Below, piece by piece: positions 52,682-54,991 of a DNA stretch of 54,991 nucleotides. The notes below the pieces were generated by a model. That model was not told the origin of the DNA. It saw only the letters and a list, made by a program, of their open reading frames with translations, and searched no databases. The position numbers were made by a program, and so were the translations under genes. Positions within the stretch are counted from its first letter, which is position 1; each line of letters starts with the position of its first letter. Source of the stretch: Actinomycetota bacterium. Lineage in GTDB: Bacteria > Actinomycetota > Actinomycetes > Nanopelagicales > Nanopelagicaceae. The stretch is taken from assembly GCA_009702245.1 (NCBI GenBank), contig WLIL01000001.1, positions 1 through 54,991 on the forward strand, given 5' to 3'.

Positions 52682-54970
52682 CTAGCCGATCTGCGTGGAT
52701 TTACGCTTGGTGTTTACCAGCGCGGCCACGATGACTGCGAGTGCAACGAGTGAAATAGTGATTCGCAGACCACTATTTGCATTATCACCGATGCTGAAGG
52801 AGACGATTGCTGGCGTCACTAGGAGCGCCACCAAGTTCATTACCTTGATCAACGGGTTGATAGCAGGACCAGCGGTGTCCTTGAAAGGATCGCCGACCGT
52901 GTCACCAATGATCGTTGCAGCATGAGCATCAGAACCCTTGCCACCATGGTGACCGTCTTCCACCATCTTCTTAGCGTTGTCCCACGCGCCACCGGAATTG
53001 GCGAGGAAGACTGCCATCAAAGTACCGGTGCCGATGGCACCAGCAAGGTATGCACCGAGGGCGCCTACGCCGAGGCCGAAGCCAACTGAGATAGGAGCCA
53101 AAACGGCGAGGAGACCTGGCGTTGCGAGCTCACGAAGTGAATCCTTCGTGCAGATATCGACAACGCGGCCGTACTCCGGAAGTTCGGTACCCAGCATGAT
53201 GCCTGGGTGTTCTTTGAACTGATTGCGTACCTCTCGCACGACCGCACCGGCAGCGCGGGAGACCGCGTTGACAGCAAGACCGGAGAAGAGGAATACCACT
53301 GCGGCGCCGATGATGAGACCCACAAGGTTTCGTGGATCTGCAACGTCGAGGACGCCGCTGAATTGCAATTGATCTGCAATCGACTTGATGTCGATTCCGG
53401 AATCAATAACAGCGTTCTTGATTGCAGCGGTGAAGGATCCGAAGAGCGCGGTGGCTGCAAGTACTGCAGTTGCAATCGCGATGCCCTTAGTGATTGCCTT
53501 CGTGGTGTTACCGACTGCATCGAGTGAAGTAAGAACCTTGGCGCCTTCTCCGTGAACGTCGCCAGACATTTCTGCAATGCCTTGCGCGTTATCGGAGATC
53601 GGACCGAAGGTATCCATGGCGACGATAACGCCGACCGTGGTGAGCAAACCGCAACCTGCGAGCGCAACTGCAAAGAGCGAAACGATTATGCTTCCGCTAC
53701 CTAGCAAGAATGCGCCAAAGACGGCGGATGCGATGAGGAGTGCTGAGTAAACAGCAGACTCGAAACCGACTGAGATACCAGCGAGAATTACGGTGGCTGC
53801 ACCAGTTTGTGATGAAGCAGCTACGTCGTTTACTGGACGACGACCAGTCTCGGTGAAGTAACCCGTGAGAACTTGGATAGCAGCAGCAAGAGCAATACCA
53901 ATAAGCACTGCGATGATGGCAACCATCCGAGGATTAGTCGCTGATTCAACGTGTGGACTTGGCGCAAATCCTGCGAAGCTATCTGGTAAGTAAGCAATGG
54001 TGGCAACGGCAACGAGTACCGCGCTGATGATTGCTGAGATAAAGAATGAGCGGTTGATTGCTTGCATTCCACTCTTGTCAGTTGAGCGCAGGCGCGTGAT
54101 GAAGATACCGATAACTGCGGTAACAACACCGATTGCTGGAACGATGAGTGGGAATACCAAGCCCATCGTGCCAAACGCGGCCTTACCAAGGATGACGGCA
54201 GCAACAAGAGTTACTGCGTATGACTCGAAGAGATCTGCAGCCATACCGGCACAGTCACCGACGTTATCGCCGACGTTGTCGGCAATCGTTGCTGCGTTAC
54301 GAGGATCATCTTCTGGAATGCCTTGTTCGACTTTACCGACGAGGTCAGCACCGACGTCAGCCGCCTTGGTGAAGATACCGCCACCCACGCGCATGAACAT
54401 CGCGAGCATCGCAGCGCCGAAACCAAAACCTTCGAGAACGGCTGGAGCATCGCCCTTGTAGATAAGCACGATCGTTGATGCCCCTAGAAGACCGAGGCCG
54501 ACAGTGAGCATGCCCACGACGCCACCGGTACGGAAGGCAATCTTCATTGCTGGTTGTGCGCCGTGATCCTTGGCGGCGGCAGCGACACGTACGTTTGCAC
54601 GTACTGCAAGCCACATACCTTGGTAACCCACGAATGCAGAGAAGAGCGCACCCAAAATAAAGAAGATGGAGCGGCCAATGCGGATATCCGCATGTCCTGG
54701 AAGTGCGAAGAGAAGGAAGAAGACAAGGACAACAAAGATAGAGAGCGTCTTGAATTGTCGGGTGAGGTAAGCCGCTGCGCCTTCTTGGATTGCAAGGGCG
54801 ATCTTCTTCATGCTTTCGGTGCCTTCATCTGCAGCGAGCACTTGTAAGCGCAAGCCGTAGGCAACAACAAGGGCTGCGAGCGAAACCGCCATAACGATTA
54901 CGACGAAGACCAGGTTCATGCCCGTGAGTTGAATAGCGGCCCCCTCGGCAATGAGGTGGGTCTTGGACAT
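52682..54970 (-). CDS. hppA: membrane-bound proton-translocating pyrophosphatase, K+-independent type
   Basis: 762 aa with about 16 hydrophobic segments. It has GGGIFTKAADVGADLVGKVE, DNVGDNVGDCAGMAADLFESY and GNTTKAITKG. The Lys in GNTTKA marks the K+-independent clade. Confidence 0.95.
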   Translation of the reverse strand: MSKTHLIAEGAAIQLTGMNLVFVVIVMAVSLAALVVAYGLRLQVLAADEGTESMKKIALAIQEGAAAYLTRQFKTLSIFVVLVFFLLFALPGHADIRIGRSIFFILGALFSAFVGYQGMWLAVRANVRVAAAAKDHGAQPAMKIAFRTGGVVGMLTVGLGLLGASTIVLIYKGDAPAVLEGFGFGAAMLAMFMRVGGGIFTKAADVGADLVGKVEQGIPEDDPRNAATIADNVGDNVGDCAGMAADLFESYAVTLVAAVILGKAAFGTMGLVFPLIVPAIGVVTAVIGIFITRLRSTDKSGMQAINRSFFISAIISAVLVAVATIAYLPDSFAGFAPSPHVESATNPRMVAIIAVLIGIALAAAIQVLTGYFTETGRRPVNDVAASSQTGAATVILAGISVGFESAVYSALLIASAVFGAFLLGSGSIIVSLFAVALAGCGLLTTVGVIVAMDTFGPISDNAQGIAEMSGDVHGEGAKVLTSLDAVGNTTKAITKGIAIATAVLAATALFGSFTAAIKNAVIDSGIDIKSIADQLQFSGVLDVADPRNLVGLIIGAAVVFLFSGLAVNAVSRAAGAVVREVRNQFKEHPGIMLGTELPEYGRVVDICTKDSLRELATPGLLAVLAPISVGFGLGVGALGAYLAGAIGTGTLMAVFLANSGGAWDNAKKMVEDGHHGGKGSDAHAATIIGDTVGDPFKDTAGPAINPLIKVMNLVALLVTPAIVSFSIGDNANSGLRITISLVALAVIVAALVNTKRKSTQIG

Positions 54971-54991
54971 ACGTCCTCCATAGGGTCGGGA

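Noticed and set aside
53065-53673. 202-aa minus-strand off-frame ORF, plus several 70-150-aa ORFs on both strands, inside hppA.
   Set aside because: The translations are Ser/Arg/Pro-rich with no motifs. The hppA frame is continuous for 762 aa with all the hallmark PPase motifs. These are by-products of the GC-rich codon bias.
1-54991. A search for mobile elements, prophage genes, toxin-antitoxin pairs, CRISPR arrays and rRNA.
   Set aside because: None of the ORFs translates to a transposase, integrase, recombinase, phage structural protein or Cas-like protein. No spaced direct-repeat array or rRNA-like sequence was seen. The only long repeat is the EF-hand gene duplication.

Overview
This window looks like a chromosomal segment of an Actinomycetota genome. 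That assignment is an inference from gene order: hppA, methyltransferase, topA, MFS-tmk fusion, holB, secreted alpha/beta hydrolase and tRNA-Thr sit together as they do in Streptomyces-type genomes. The window is almost entirely coding. I see no transposase, integrase, CRISPR array or rRNA.

Four parts can be read:
1. 0.2-27 kb is a roughly 25 kb run of co-directional minus-strand catabolic genes. It holds two NitT/TauT-type ABC importers, two LLM oxidoreductases, a flavin reductase, a crotonase, a ThDP enzyme, two aldehyde dehydrogenases, a Rieske protein, several amidohydrolases, an acyl-CoA ligase, a thioesterase, a CocE/NonD hydrolase, a Zn-ADH and one TetR regulator. The substrate cannot be identified from sequence.
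2. 27-33 kb is a mainly plus-strand block (NTF2-like protein, bicupin, LldD2-type L-lactate dehydrogenase, GlcD-like FAD oxidase), followed by a minus-strand L,D-transpeptidase and Zn-ADH.
3. 33.3-43.0 kb is the most AT-rich block, about 43-45% G+C in hand spot counts, and it abuts tRNA-Thr(CGT). It encodes a front-end-type membrane desaturase, a CASTOR/POLLUX-like 2-TM RCK channel, a PlsC acyltransferase, a patatin-like lipase, a Cys-rich secreted orphan, and a tandem pair of 429-aa polytopic membrane proteins ending in double EF-hand modules. This block is my best candidate for an undescribed system: a Ca2+-linked membrane or lipid module.
4. 43-55 kb is a GC-richer core region.

Other sequence-level observations:
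- A promoter-plus-palindrome element (TTGACA-N17-TTTACTAA-N3-[C/A]TTAG) recurs three times and ties three transcription units together.
- A small C-x15-C lysine-rich module joined by Pro/Ala linkers occurs on both substrate-binding proteins and, in related form, on the secreted orphan.
- A roughly 260-nt high-GC patch forms the 3' end of the secreted hydrolase gene.
- A 21-nt tandem duplication spans a stop codon.
- Three genes have apparent leaderless starts.
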